64,000 bases of DNA. Source: a virus (taxonomy: Duplodnaviria > Heunggongvirae > Uroviricota > Caudoviricetes). This document shows, one piece after another, positions 35,432 to 46,029 of the stretch. The notes beneath the pieces were generated by a model that made no database searches, was not told where the DNA came from, and worked only from the letters and a program-made list of their open reading frames with translations. The stretch covers positions 51,595-115,594 of IMG/VR virus record IMGVR_UViG_3300033405_000002. One strand, written 5' to 3'. Position numbers and translations under genes: made by a program. Positions within the stretch are counted from its first letter, which is position 1. Every line of letters starts with the position of its first letter.

Positions 35432-35615
35432 TATGCACCTGCACTTTGATAATCAATCCCGCCTTGTCGCAGCATGTGGAGAAGCAATGGTATCTGCCGG
35501 GGACGCCGGAGTGACAACCGCAGGTACAAACTTCACTCACGTTCTCCGACTTAAGCGCCGCGAGCACCTGCTTTGTGTCTTCTTCTGATCCGAGCATCAA
35601 CAAGTCTTTTTTCAT
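35424..35615 (-). CDS. small Cys-rich protein
   Basis: CTCGCH..HC..CC; tiling. Confidence 0.5.
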   Translation of the reverse strand: MKKDLLMLGSEEDTKQVLAALKSENVSEVCTCGCHSGVPGRYHCFSTCCDKAGLIIKVQVHNG

Positions 35616-35803
35616 AGACCACTCAATTCTAACACATCACGCCGACCGCACTCCCTGATGAATTGGATGCGAATATCGTAGTGATGGGCACAATAATAAT
35701 ACGTCCTTCCGCTGGGCCACGAAATGTGAGCAACCGCAGGCAATCCGCACGGTACTTCGCGGTCGTGTTCATCCATGACATGCCAGTCACAGGTTTTTCT
35801 CAT
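35612..35803 (-). CDS. small Zn-finger-like protein
   Basis: C..CGLP..YCAHHYD. Confidence 0.55.
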   Translation of the reverse strand: MRKTCDWHVMDEHDREVPCGLPAVAHISWPSGRTYYYCAHHYDIRIQFIRECGRRDVLELSGL

Positions 35804-36008
35804 TTTTCTCCCGCCAGTCCTGCGCAAGACGCTTCACCAATTTCCGTATGCGCATGATCGTGTCGTAGTGCTCAGCACAAAACGGAAGAAGCTGATCCCG
35901 AAAATCAAGGTCGCCAACGGACGGTTTTCCGCAAAGTTCTTCCCTAGTGTGACCGTCCTCGACAGAAACTATCCGGTAGGCACATTCCTTACGCACGCTG
36001 TCCCTCAA
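35787..36008 (-). CDS. small Zn-finger-like protein, similar to neighbour
   Basis: C..CGKP..FCAEHYD. Confidence 0.55.
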   Translation of the reverse strand: MRDSVRKECAYRIVSVEDGHTREELCGKPSVGDLDFRDQLLPFCAEHYDTIMRIRKLVKRLAQDWREKNEKNL

Positions 36009-36936
36009 CCAAGTTCAACATTGGGTAGTGTTCTTTCAAGCGTCGGAATGCGTTATGCAGGTTGTCGGCAACCACGTCTGCTACAATAAGAATGCTATTC
36101 ATGCGCGGCACCATGATGCACGTCTCTTGCGTGATGTTCACGCCCTTGAAAATCTCGTACATGATCTTACGTGCGAACAAGACATCCTGAAGCACTTGAC
36201 CGCCAGACTTCGAGATGAATGGGTACGGAACGCCAGCGGCGTCGAACTTCACACCCGTGGTTTCTTGTCCCACAGGAACCGCCATCACTGGCACTGAATC
36301 CCACGTGATGTAGTAAGTCTTCAAAGACGGCAGAGTCTTGAGGTACTTGTCCCCACCCATGCCGATCATGCTGATGTTGCGGGAGTCCGCGAACGCTGGC
36401 GTGCTGCCTTTCGGTGAAACGCGAAAACTGACTTGCGGTGTGAATTGACTGATAATGTGCAAGGCGCGGATTGTTGAGAGCACAGCATTGTACTGGCGCT
36501 GTTCTTCCGTAATCGCGTCCGCCTGCTTGACCATCTTGGCTTTCGGCGCGAATGGATCAAGCTTCCACTCTTTCGGCCACTCACTCTTCAGGCGGTCAAT
36601 TTCTTTCTTGGCATCGCCCGTCATGTAAAACATCCCGGTGTAGCCTTGCAGATTGAGCAGCACTTGCGTGAAGAGATTGTAGTCCAGAAGCGGTGCCAGA
36701 TAGCGGATGATATTGAGCTTGTCTACTCCGGTAGGTTCGCTTTTGACAATCGGCCCACCTTCCATCCAAGAATCGCTGAGTAGCTTATTGATGATGCCAG
36801 CCCAGTGCTCTGTGCGGTCGAAGTCCAGCCCCGGATAGAACGCCTTGAAAGTCTTCTCAAGCGTTGCTTCAGACTCGAATAGAGCGTTGATCTTATCCGC
36901 GAAAATCTGCGCGGTACGCTGGTACATCTCTCTCAT
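35989..36936 (-). CDS. hypothetical protein
   Basis: 315-aa ORF. Confidence 0.75.
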   Translation of the reverse strand: MREMYQRTAQIFADKINALFESEATLEKTFKAFYPGLDFDRTEHWAGIINKLLSDSWMEGGPIVKSEPTGVDKLNIIRYLAPLLDYNLFTQVLLNLQGYTGMFYMTGDAKKEIDRLKSEWPKEWKLDPFAPKAKMVKQADAITEEQRQYNAVLSTIRALHIISQFTPQVSFRVSPKGSTPAFADSRNISMIGMGGDKYLKTLPSLKTYYITWDSVPVMAVPVGQETTGVKFDAAGVPYPFISKSGGQVLQDVLFARKIMYEIFKGVNITQETCIMVPRMNSILIVADVVADNLHNAFRRLKEHYPMLNLVEGQRA

Positions 36937-37020
36937 ATAACTCGAATCTTGGTGGGACGCTTAACCCCTCTCGCTACCGACCTTTTTTAGGGATGCGGAA
37001 TGCCTCTCTGACTTTGCTCT

Positions 37021-37476
37021 TCATCGAATTTGCTCAGTGACCTCTTCTCCAAGTGCAACATTGAAGCCGTTCTTGTGCGCCCAGCGGCGAATTGAAGACT
37101 GTGATCGGGCGAGATTTAACCTGCGGTCTCTTTCTTCAGCGCCTTGAATGTTAAGGTCTTCTGTCGTTGGGTCTTCCTCTTCCGTAAGGCTTTCAATCAG
37201 CTTCAACTGATCTGGAGGGATTGACGAACGATGGCAGGCGACATAGTGAACGATGAGCGAGTTTGTCTGGTAGGTTTTCCCACCGATCTTGATAGACCAA
37301 TCCCCATTGTCCGAACAGGCGTCGCACGCGCAAGTATGAAAACCCCTGTACCAAATGCCTTCAAGGTTCTCTTTGCGGTGGTTAAGGTACGCTACCTTGC
37401 GCGTGATGGAATCCACGATAGGCGGTGCATCATAACCGCGTGGCTCGATCATCAAAAAACCGTCTGGATTAACCAT
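37021..37476 (-). CDS. hypothetical protein
   Basis: 151 aa; RGFHTCAC..S....HYV..H motif. Confidence 0.7.
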   Translation of the reverse strand: MVNPDGFLMIEPRGYDAPPIVDSITRKVAYLNHRKENLEGIWYRGFHTCACDACSDNGDWSIKIGGKTYQTNSLIVHYVACHRSSIPPDQLKLIESLTEEEDPTTEDLNIQGAEERDRRLNLARSQSSIRRWAHKNGFNVALGEEVTEQIR

Positions 37477-37478
37477 GG

Positions 37479-37826
37479 TTATTCTCCGACCGTCGCACCC
37501 GGATGATCGAGTTTCTGCTTGATCTTCTTGGCGAGCGAGACCAAAGACAAGAAAAAGAAGTCGTCATCCTTGTCTTCGATGACAAGCTGCTTGGCGTAGT
37601 TGATGCCGTCCAGCACTTCTTGATAGAGATCAAGCATCGCATCGCGACCGTTATGAGACTTGAGCCGCGTGCCATACTTTTTCTCGCCAAGGCGGATTCG
37701 AGCTTCGGTATCTTCGGCGATGTAGCCCAGACCCATCTCTCTCAAGTCTTTGGCTGCTTCCACGGCGACGTCGATGCCGTCTCCAGTTGGCATCGGTTGA
37801 ACTTTTGCTGCGTCTTCTCCAGACAT
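37479..37826 (-). CDS. hypothetical protein, possibly all-alpha NTP pyrophosphatase-like
   Basis: GEKKYGTRL..LYQEVLDGINY. Confidence 0.55.
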   Translation of the reverse strand: MSGEDAAKVQPMPTGDGIDVAVEAAKDLREMGLGYIAEDTEARIRLGEKKYGTRLKSHNGRDAMLDLYQEVLDGINYAKQLVIEDKDDDFFFLSLVSLAKKIKQKLDHPGATVGE

Positions 37827-38428
37827 TATTCCATTCTTCCTTCAGGTAGGGTAGCCTTCCAAGCTTCCCATGCGGGCATCTTGGATTTCATCTTGCGCTT
37901 CACATCTTCAATACTGACTGGCGTGTAATCCCAGCAGTCCACACCGATGTCAAACGCAAGCCACTGTGCTTCTTCGGGAAGTTGGTTGTGAGAGTGACCG
38001 TAAAGCTGCCATGCACCCTTGTGCGACCCCGGCCACGTGCGCATCGCATAGTGACAGAGCGTGATCTTGGGTACGTCGTAGCCTTTGAGCTTCAGATGGA
38101 CGAGATCAGAGACCGATGCAAAGCAACCGGGGTTGCGGCGAATCATCTCTTCTGCTACATGGTCGTGGTTGCCGTAGATGAAGTGCTGCTCTCCCATAAG
38201 GCGCTGGCGAAATGCAAACGCCTGCTCCCACTGGCACTTGAGCGCGTAGTCTCCGTGGTTGTAAACTTTGTCGCCGGGGCGCACCACAGCGTTATGCCGA
38301 TCCGCGATAGCGGCGTGCATCTCTTCCACGCACGAGAAGGGGCGTCCTTTCCCAAGGTGCAGGATGTTCTCGTGGTAAAGGTGGTAATCAGATGTGAAGA
38401 AGATGTTTGGTTTAGTGAGTATGTTCAT
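37826..38428 (-). CDS. metallophosphoesterase
   Basis: TSDYH..H, HGD, GNHD, CHY, GHSH, DIGVD. Confidence 0.9.
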   Translation of the reverse strand: MNILTKPNIFFTSDYHLYHENILHLGKGRPFSCVEEMHAAIADRHNAVVRPGDKVYNHGDYALKCQWEQAFAFRQRLMGEQHFIYGNHDHVAEEMIRRNPGCFASVSDLVHLKLKGYDVPKITLCHYAMRTWPGSHKGAWQLYGHSHNQLPEEAQWLAFDIGVDCWDYTPVSIEDVKRKMKSKMPAWEAWKATLPEGRME

Positions 38429-38449
38429 TTACCCACTAATACTGCAAAA

Positions 38450-38797
38450 TCAGGTGAGGGTTGCAAACTTGTCGCTTTCATTCTCTCGAAGCACGTAAGC
38501 GTAAAGGTTGGAGTCTTTCAGGATCACGCGCTTGTAATTTTCCCCTTCGTACTCATCCATCAACGGGAGATCGGCCGCAGGCACGGCCCAAATTTCACCA
38601 ACCACGTAATCCGTGGAATCATTGGTCTCGATGGCGGAAGGATATTCGGCGTCCCGGATAAACTTCATTCCGGTCTTCAGGACGGTGGACACAAACTGAG
38701 CGCCAGCCATAAGCTCATGGCCCGGTTCGCCACGTTTCAGCGTGCCGTAAACGAAGAGATAAACGAATTCAGCGGGACTTTTTGCAGCCTGTTCCAT
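38450..38797 (-). CDS. gamma-glutamylcyclotransferase (AIG2-like)
   Basis: LFVYGTLKRG..H, YP, GEIW, DEYEG..Y.R. Confidence 0.88.
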   Translation of the reverse strand: MEQAAKSPAEFVYLFVYGTLKRGEPGHELMAGAQFVSTVLKTGMKFIRDAEYPSAIETNDSTDYVVGEIWAVPAADLPLMDEYEGENYKRVILKDSNLYAYVLRENESDKFATLT

Positions 38798-39516
38798 GTG
38801 GCACTATTGAATCTAGTATACGCTGACTGAGTGGCTTTGTGTCAAGCATGTCAGCGATAGCGCCGTCCGTATGGAACGCGATGAGGCCACAAGCGAGGAT
38901 TTTGGAGAATTTGGTCTTGTGGTTGCGAAGCTCGTAAACGCCAACGCCAGCGATCAGAATGTGCCAGAGCGACATGTAGACGCGCTCTTCCATTCTCGCG
39001 TCTTTACGGCGCTGGTGTTTCATTGCCGTTTTGCTCCCTCATACTCAACTATGATCGAACCTAAGTAAGCGATGGATGCAATGGCGAAGGCTCCCGCGCC
39101 AATCGCCGCCCAAAAATCCCCGGTGTGGTGCCAGACCATTAGAGCGACCACAGCGAGTATGAGAAAGAGTCCACCAAGCGCCAATCTCATTCTTCTGGTT
39201 CCTTGTAATTTGGATCGAGATACTGTGCGAACCGCCGCTTGTCGGTCACTTCTCCCGGCTTAGCGCCATAGTTCGGTGTATCATCTTCGGGTAATTCTAC
39301 CGCAAAATTCCCGCCGCATATAGAGCACAAAAGTGCCGCATACTCCCGCACTTTCGGGGGAAGGTCGCCTTTGAGTCCTCGGCAAAGATGTCTACCTGTT
39401 CGACCCATTCGAATCCTTTTTCGGTAGCAGAGCGTAAGCGAGCAAAGTGAACCCAGAGACCAGACCTATGACGCAAGCGATAGCGACAATCGTGCCTAGA
39501 ATATCGTCAGCCATGA

Positions 39517-40524
39517 TTACAGGTCGCAAAGCTCCAGCAGCAAGCTCTCCAGTCTCGGATCGTCCTTGCATAACTCTTTGATGACATCGCGGGGATCATT
39601 GACTTCAATTTCTCCAACCGAAGCGTCCATGTCGGCGAAAAAAGACATGATCTCTTCAGATTTGCCAACCGTTTCCACGCCTTTATCGGCGGCGGCAAAC
39701 GCTATCTCCAGCGGTTTCACCGGGATAGGTCGTTCGCCATACTTGAACACCCCGCCGGGTTCAAAGGACAGGATCGCAGCCACTACCGGGCGGTCAAGCT
39801 CGTCACACGTGAACGCGGCGCGTGCCATGCTCCCTAGATTGACGTGAGTGATGTTGTCCACTTCGTCCACGCCGTGCCGGGAGTGGTCGTGCCCCCAGAG
39901 CATGATGTCAAAATCCACACCCTTAAGTTCATTGTAACCGATTGTCCGCGTTTCGAACATAGAACCTGCATCGCCGGGGTGCCCGTATGCGTGAACTACG
40001 CCGATACGGTGATCCACCTTCGGCTGGCGCGGCCCTGCGTTCAGGATGTTCTTGATCGTGTCATCGCCTTCCGCGAACGGAAACGTTTCCACTTGCACGC
40101 GCACGGTCTCATCCGTGTTGGTGAAGATGACAGGCTCTCGGTTCAAGTCGTGGTAAGCTCCCACTTCGATAAGAAGTCCGAGAGGTTGGCGCGGCAGTGA
40201 GTCCATGCGGTCATAAGACAGGTCATGGTTGCCGATGGAACCAAAGACCATGCCTTGTGGGAAGCGCCGGAGCGCGTTCATCAAGTCGATGATGAGGCGG
40301 AAACTGTTGCCGATGTGATGTGGTTTCTTGTGGTGGAAAACGTCGCCGCCACAGAGCGCCGCGCCGTGTAGTTTCTCGGTCATTTCACGCACGAAGGCGA
40401 GCTTTTGCAGTAACGCGTGGCGATAGTCGTCTTTACGGCGTCCGGGGGGAACATCGGAAAAATGCCAGTCCGTTGTCCAAACAAGGTTTACACGGTTCTT
40501 GGGGTCGTCAAGCTTGATCTTCAT
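39517..40524 (-). CDS. Mre11/SbcD-like nuclease
   Basis: TDWH, GGDVFH, GNHD, H, WGHDH, NLGS.R. Confidence 0.85.
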   Translation of the reverse strand: MKIKLDDPKNRVNLVWTTDWHFSDVPPGRRKDDYRHALLQKLAFVREMTEKLHGAALCGGDVFHHKKPHHIGNSFRLIIDLMNALRRFPQGMVFGSIGNHDLSYDRMDSLPRQPLGLLIEVGAYHDLNREPVIFTNTDETVRVQVETFPFAEGDDTIKNILNAGPRQPKVDHRIGVVHAYGHPGDAGSMFETRTIGYNELKGVDFDIMLWGHDHSRHGVDEVDNITHVNLGSMARAAFTCDELDRPVVAAILSFEPGGVFKYGERPIPVKPLEIAFAAADKGVETVGKSEEIMSFFADMDASVGEIEVNDPRDVIKELCKDDPRLESLLLELCDL

Positions 40525-40741
40525 CAATATCTAATACGTCAGCCAGAGTGTCTGTCACGAGTTTGGCCCGTGCCTTGGCGAGTATAAACGTCTGGTAAAG
40601 CTGGTCACCCACCGGACAGAAAAAATCATCACGGCATTCGGTGCAGGCTTCCATGTGCTTGATTGTGGCGTCACAAGCCGCGATGTCTTGCTGCAAGAGG
40701 TAGCGGCGATGCGTCAGCGAGATGCGCATCTGTTTGTGCAT
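40508..40741 (-). CDS. hypothetical protein
   Basis: TAATG coupling; 77 aa. Confidence 0.5.
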   Translation of the reverse strand: MHKQMRISLTHRRYLLQQDIAACDATIKHMEACTECRDDFFCPVGDQLYQTFILAKARAKLVTDTLADVLDIDEDQA

Positions 40742-41133
40742 TAGGCACTCGCGGGAATGGCGTCAGCGATCTCGTAGCCATTGACAGTAGGGATCAGGAA
40801 ACGAATCGGCAATCCAAGCTCAGCGGCAATCTTACGTTCGGCGCTAACTCCCACAGATGTCTCCCATCCCGGTATGCAGAGCACCCAGAACTCTTGGCAC
40901 TTGCTAATCATGGTGCCATCGAAGTCGGCCCAGAATTTCCAGTCTCCCGGCGTATGACCGGACGTGCAGAGCGCATGTGATTGGACGATGGGAACGAAGA
41001 AATGCCAGTCGTGGTTGTTTTGAATCAGCCAGTTCCACGCGGATAACACGGACTCGAACCGCTGCGCCTCCACCGCCTTATCGGGGTGAGTGTAGGGACT
41101 GGCTAAATACACGAGTTTCCCGGTTCTTCCCAT
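40741..41133 (-). CDS. DUF1937/nucleoside deoxyribosyltransferase-like protein
   Basis: VYLASPYT..PIVQSH..W..D..C..GWETSVGV..E. Confidence 0.75.
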   Translation of the reverse strand: MGRTGKLVYLASPYTHPDKAVEAQRFESVLSAWNWLIQNNHDWHFFVPIVQSHALCTSGHTPGDWKFWADFDGTMISKCQEFWVLCIPGWETSVGVSAERKIAAELGLPIRFLIPTVNGYEIADAIPASA

Positions 41134-41169
41134 GGAGAGCAATACTGAGAACGCCGCGAAATCGTGAAT

Positions 41170-41397
41170 TCAAATCTTAACGGGACAGATGTAATGCCGC
41201 CAACCTTCAGCGGGCTTGCTCATGTCCGAATACATATAGGCGTTTTCGGCAATCGGCTGCTTACACTGAGTGCAGATATACTGATCTTGCAGCGGCTTTT
41301 TGAAAGCCGCTCGAAGAGAGCTAGGCGTCGTCCCAAATTTGCCTAGCTTCTCCTCGATGGCGAAGCCGATCTGTCGCAGATCAGGGTTATCCGGCAT
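41170..41397 (-). CDS. hypothetical protein
   Basis: 75 aa; CTQC..RH..C. Confidence 0.55.
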   Translation of the reverse strand: MPDNPDLRQIGFAIEEKLGKFGTTPSSLRAAFKKPLQDQYICTQCKQPIAENAYMYSDMSKPAEGWRHYICPVKI

Positions 41398-41927
41398 TAG
41401 TCCTCAGTAATCGGGGTTGCCTTTTTTGTCGGCGCTGGCGTAGCGGCGGCAGTCGGTTCAACAGTTACAGCGGTCGGGGCAGGTGCAGGCTCAACCTTTG
41501 CCTTGGCAGCGGCGATCAGCTTCTCCGCTTCCGCCTTGGCTGCGGTCAACAGATTCTCGGCTGACTCTTCTGCCTGATCGAGCACGCGCTTTGCGGCCGC
41601 TTCAATCTCTTCGGCTTTGCCTTCAGCCTTGGCGAGAATCGCCTTCGCCTTCGTCTCCGCTTCAGAGATCAGTTTCTTCACGTCAGTCTTCACATCGTCA
41701 ACAACTGGCTTTGCGTCAGCAACCAGATCGTCGATAGCGGCCCCAGCTTCAGCCTGCGCGTTCAGCATGGCGGCGTAAGCCTTCGCCAGTGCTTCGGCGA
41801 ACACAACGTTGTCAAAGTTCGTGATGGTGACTTGACCTTCGGGGGTGTGTTGAATGCGTACTGACCAAGTTCCGTCAGGGTTCTTGACTGCGGTTGCGGG
41901 ATGGGACATCGGTACGGGCGTTGCCAT
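41397..41927 (-). CDS. Ala-rich coiled-coil protein
   Basis: 176 aa; AGGAG SD. Confidence 0.7.
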   Translation of the reverse strand: MATPVPMSHPATAVKNPDGTWSVRIQHTPEGQVTITNFDNVVFAEALAKAYAAMLNAQAEAGAAIDDLVADAKPVVDDVKTDVKKLISEAETKAKAILAKAEGKAEEIEAAAKRVLDQAEESAENLLTAAKAEAEKLIAAAKAKVEPAPAPTAVTVEPTAAATPAPTKKATPITED

Positions 41928-41929
41928 GG

Positions 41930-42229
41930 TTAGTTCTCCTGTTGCAATTCTTGATAACGTTTGATTAGCTGCTCGCCTTGTGCAAGCTGCTCGTTCAAGG
42001 CACCAACCTTTTCGGCGAGTTCCGCTCGCTTTTGGTCGGCGAGAGCCTGAAGCTCTTTCGATGTCATCTTCTCTGGGTTCTCGATGCCTAGCTCTCTTAG
42101 TTTAGCATAAGCTTCGTCCCTTTTCGACTCCTGAACTTTGAACGTGCCGATGATCTCGTCGCGAGTGCTTTGCAGCGCCCTAACGCGGGTCTGGACTTCC
42201 TTCAGCGTTTCTTGGGTGACTTCAGGCAT
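41930..42229 (-). CDS. coiled-coil hypothetical protein
   Basis: 99 aa. Confidence 0.7.
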   Translation of the reverse strand: MPEVTQETLKEVQTRVRALQSTRDEIIGTFKVQESKRDEAYAKLRELGIENPEKMTSKELQALADQKRAELAEKVGALNEQLAQGEQLIKRYQELQQEN

Positions 42230-42435
42230 TTATGTTCCCTAGATTCCTTGAATTTCCTGCCTTACGAACTCGCGCCACACGGCTCTGGCGGCTGTCTTTG
42301 CCATGTCACGGGCTGGGATGCACTTCTCGCACGCCCAGTCTCCGGTTGGGGTTCCACCGCAGAAAAGGCAACACTCGCACGTAGGTAAACCGTTTTCGAA
42401 CCGTTCGCGACAGAACTGACACGTGCGTTTAATTT

Positions 42436-43593
42436 CTATCGGCATTGATGCTCCATGGGCTTGCCGCACTTCGGGCACAACCCTTTCTTAAGCTCTGCTT
42501 GCGCTGCTGCGAGTTCTGTTTCAACCCCAGCCAATCTCTCAGCCGAACCCGTTAGCTCTCCCAGCAGCGCCGCGAGTGTTTCTAGGCGGTTAATACTGTT
42601 CCAGAGCCGAACTGACTCAGAAAAGACCGCTTCGGCACCGGAAAGGCTTGATTTGAGCTTATCCGTGCTTACGACATGCTTTCCTGCGGTTATAGCGCCT
42701 TCCAGAGCCGCGATCTCGTTCCAGAGTCTCCTAGCCCCATTCCAGCCGTCCGTGACGCTGGAAAGGCTGGCAATTGGTTTAGCGAGCCATCGAGCGTAAG
42801 CCCCGGCTTCTGCCGCCTGCTCCGCAAACGCAGCCTGACGATGAAGCTGTTCCAGCCCGGAGATGTCCGGCAGAACAATGGCTTCCATGATCTGGCGCAA
42901 TGGCACGATAGTCTGACGAACTTTGACAGCGGAGTCCAGCCAATAGGTCTCTGTTTCCAAGCGGCGGACGTGTTGTTCTAAATCGTGCAACTTATCACTA
43001 ATTGCATCACCCAGTGCAACCAGTTCGGCGAGTGCGGCCTTCTTTTCTTCGGACTCCCGAATCTGTCCCGCTATCGTGCGGGCTTCCGTGTCCTTCTGGG
43101 TCTTCCGTAGGTTGGCTTCTTTCTTCCCGGCTTCCAGCTTCTCAGTGCCGCCGAATGCACCAAGGATGGCGTTCACTTCAGTGGGCTTGTAGGTCAGGGG
43201 GTCAATCAGAAATTGTGCGCTGTTCTGCCGTCCAAAGATGGGGTCTACATCGAAGTCGCCGATGACTACTTCACCAAACTTGAGTGCCTTCAGTTCGTCC
43301 GGCACGGCCCCGGCGAGCTTGGCAAAGTCTCTGCCGTCGATCTCGTATTTGGTGCTGCCTTTGTGGGAACGGTGTGCCGTGATGACATGTCCACCAATCT
43401 CACAGCGGACTTCCATGTCTTCGTCCTGATTGTCTCGGACAAAATCGGCTGGCAGTTCGTTACGGAAGATACCCTTGAGTGCGCGGAAGAGCGCAGACTT
43501 GCCCGTATCAGATGGGCCAGTTAAGATCGTTAGGCCGTCAATTTCAAGATCGAAGTCAGCCCACGCTTGGAAGTTTTTGCCGGAGAGTCGCAC
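42436..43593 (-). CDS. Rad50/SbcC (gp46-like) ATPase, N-terminal half with Zn hook
   Basis: KNFQ, Walker A GPSDTGKS, Q-loop, coiled coil, terminal CPKCG. Confidence 0.85.
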   Translation of the reverse strand: MRLSGKNFQAWADFDLEIDGLTILTGPSDTGKSALFRALKGIFRNELPADFVRDNQDEDMEVRCEIGGHVITAHRSHKGSTKYEIDGRDFAKLAGAVPDELKALKFGEVVIGDFDVDPIFGRQNSAQFLIDPLTYKPTEVNAILGAFGGTEKLEAGKKEANLRKTQKDTEARTIAGQIRESEEKKAALAELVALGDAISDKLHDLEQHVRRLETETYWLDSAVKVRQTIVPLRQIMEAIVLPDISGLEQLHRQAAFAEQAAEAGAYARWLAKPIASLSSVTDGWNGARRLWNEIAALEGAITAGKHVVSTDKLKSSLSGAEAVFSESVRLWNSINRLETLAALLGELTGSAERLAGVETELAAAQAELKKGLCPKCGKPMEHQCR

Positions 43594-43612
43594 CTAATCT
43601 AATACTGCCAAA

Positions 43613-43885
43613 CTAGGCGGCTGGCGGCTCATCGTCCCACGGATACCACCAAGTGATGCGCTCGCCTTCTACGCGGCAAGGGATGCCAGCGGCGGTAAGC
43701 GTATCACGAACTGAGTTGGAGTTGTGCTCGCTGACGATGAACGTGCCGGGGTCTTCCCCGGTTAGTGCCCACAGTAGCCCGCGCAACACGCCGCAGTTGT
43801 GGTTCAGGTGGTACGAGTTGCAACTGCCATTCATCGCGTCCATGCGATTGATAATGGCTCTTTGAATTCCTTCTCTATCAAGCAT
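43613..43885 (-). CDS. hypothetical protein
   Basis: 90-aa ORF. Confidence 0.6.
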   Translation of the reverse strand: MLDREGIQRAIINRMDAMNGSCNSYHLNHNCGVLRGLLWALTGEDPGTFIVSEHNSNSVRDTLTAAGIPCRVEGERITWWYPWDDEPPAA

Positions 43886-44575
43886 TGATGCTGTCCTTAA
43901 CCTTTTGGGCCGCGCAGCCAGCGATGATGCACGAGCCTACCCAGAGTAAAACACTGAAAACGATAAAGCCGGACAGCACGTCGATGACTCCGGGCGTTTT
44001 GTTTTTCATGCCATCACATCCAAATGTGGTCGCGAGACTGTTGGGCACTTCGGACATTTCTCTTTGAAGAACCACCCGCACTCGCACTCCACGTATTTCC
44101 CCAAGAGTTCCTTACGGAACATCTTTGCCGCGAATGCGTCTCCGTCCGGCGGGCGGATAGCATCAGGCTCCAACGGCGCTCTCTTAAACCACGGCTTAGC
44201 CTTCATTGATAGCCATATTCACTGCCGAAAGACTCGGTGTGCTTCCAGAAATTCCAGAAGTGGCGGTCGGCGCAAGCCCAGAAAAATACAGGCACGATCA
44301 CTGGCTCTTGGTAAAGCCGCATCTTACAACCGCACTTGCAAACCGGGGGATTTTCTTCGGTGTATTTCATGGGTTTTTCCAGCCTAAAATTTTCCAGCCG
44401 TCTTCGGGGTAAAGCGCAAGACCGTCCGGGTCTTCGCCGACTGTGATGAGACTGAAGGCGTTCTCCCGCTTGTCCCAGAGGCCCGTTTGCGGTCGCAAGC
44501 TCTGATATTGGTAACGAAGCCGCACTGGTTTGAGTATGCGCTTCGGAGGTTGTGTCGTGTTCCACGTCGATGCCA

Positions 44576-44944
44576 TTATTCGACCTCGTGATGTTCGGCG
44601 TCCAGCATTTTCTGGCACGCTTCGTAAACTTCTTTGTTCACAATGCCGATCTTCTTGATGAAGCTCTGGCCCACAGGGGAAGAGTAAAAGGCGATCACGG
44701 CTTCCACTTCGTGCGCGGTGAAATGCTTCTCGTAAACGGAGACGCCGATGCTCAGCAGTTTCTCGGTGTTGATGTCCTTGAACAGTTCGTCCAATTCATC
44801 TTCAAAAAGCCCCAACGCCTTGCCGATGGATGCCTTGTAATTCGACATCGTTTGAGCCAGTTGGTCACGTGCTCCGGTCACCTGAAGCATGATCTCAAGC
44901 TGCTCTCTCGTTGTTGGTGCGTAAACTTCGTCTTCAGCGCTCAT
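44576..44944 (-). CDS. DUF2059-like protein
   Basis: VYEKHFTAHEVEAVIAFYSSPVGQ. Confidence 0.75.
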   Translation of the reverse strand: MSAEDEVYAPTTREQLEIMLQVTGARDQLAQTMSNYKASIGKALGLFEDELDELFKDINTEKLLSIGVSVYEKHFTAHEVEAVIAFYSSPVGQSFIKKIGIVNKEVYEACQKMLDAEHHEVE

Positions 44945-45276
44945 ACGTTGATGCCTTTCGCTCCCAGCGCCTTCAGCTTTCTCTTGATGTCATTAACTTC
45001 GGAATCGCTGTAGAGTGCTCGCCCAGTGGGGGTGACAACTTCTTCGTAAGTCTTACCGTCGTTCTGCGCTTCATCAAGAGCGGCGTAAACCTGCTGTTGC
45101 GCCTCGAAACAGAGGCGGGACAACCGCCTGTCCAACCGCCGCATCACGTTGTGCTTTGCTCTGCTGAGCCGTCGTTTGGGCATCACACAAACCTTGCGAT
45201 GAATCGCCACAACCAGCGCCGCATCTTCAAATCGTTCACCGTGATTGGCAGCCCGGTTCGTGCGCAACGTAAGCAC
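44941..45276 (-). CDS. hypothetical protein
   Basis: ORF of ~80-110 aa; start uncertain. Confidence 0.5.
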   Translation of the reverse strand: MLTLRTNRAANHGERFEDAALVVAIHRKVCVMPKRRLSRAKHNVMRRLDRRLSRLCFEAQQQVYAALDEAQNDGKTYEEVVTPTGRALYSDSEVNDIKRKLKALGAKGINV

Positions 45277-45313
45277 ATCCCTTCCGCTACGGCGGTGATT
45301 GGGTGCTCACACT

Positions 45314-45745
45314 TCACTGACAGGGCCCCCAAGGGCGTAAGACATAACCGCTGCTGACAACGACGCCATCCTTCACGACAACTGTCCCGTCGCTTTGAAC
45401 GTTGGAGACGGTCAGAAAGCGACCATCTGCGAGCTTGAGGTAGGTCATGGTTTGCACGGCACCGTTAACGCTGGAGTTGAAATTGTCGGAAAGGGTTGCC
45501 GTTACGCTCAAGTGCGTAGAGTCAATCAAGTGTGCTTCAGAGTAGGTGTACGTTCGCTCGCCGCCGCGATCAAAAGTGATTACTTCGCTCACCGTACCGT
45601 TGCTGTAGACGAACTTGGCCGTAGCACTGCAACTCCCGACGAGGCCAAAGTTGGACACGGTTTGCTGGATAGGAGTTAGAGTTTGGGCGAGCGCCGCCAG
45701 TGACAACGCAAAGATTACAAGCGAAAGAGATATAAATCGTTTCAT
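45314..45745 (-). CDS. secreted hypothetical protein
   Basis: Signal peptide MKRFISLSLVIFALSLAALAQ. Confidence 0.7.
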   Translation of the reverse strand: MKRFISLSLVIFALSLAALAQTLTPIQQTVSNFGLVGSCSATAKFVYSNGTVSEVITFDRGGERTYTYSEAHLIDSTHLSVTATLSDNFNSSVNGAVQTMTYLKLADGRFLTVSNVQSDGTVVVKDGVVVSSGYVLRPWGPCQ

Positions 45746-45777
45746 ACTTCCCCCTGCACGCCAGTCTACCACAAAAA

Positions 45778-45957
45778 TTAACGTTTTTCGAAGGCGTCGG
45801 TCAAGAGCGTTCTAATCTCATCGGAATCAATCACTTCGACTGGCTCTCCCCAGAACCCTTCTTGGCTAAAAGGGACGGGCTTCTTCGTCTTGGCGTCACG
45901 GTATTCGGTGTAGACTTTTCCGCGCTGGTTCCTCCGCAGCCGCCGTCCGATGGTGAC
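45778..45957 (-). repeat. diverged duplicate of the 3' end of gene 49079-49477
   Basis: VTIGRRLRRNQRGKVYTEYRDAKTKKPVPFSQEGFWGEPVEV versus VTVGRRLRRNQRGKIYTEYRDAKTKQPVAFSQPGFWGDPVEV. Confidence 0.8.
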
Positions 45958-46029
45958 TTTCTTCCTCCTTGGATGACGTTCTACTTATAATACCAGAATC
46001 AGAGAAAATCGGCCCGTGGCAAACAGCCG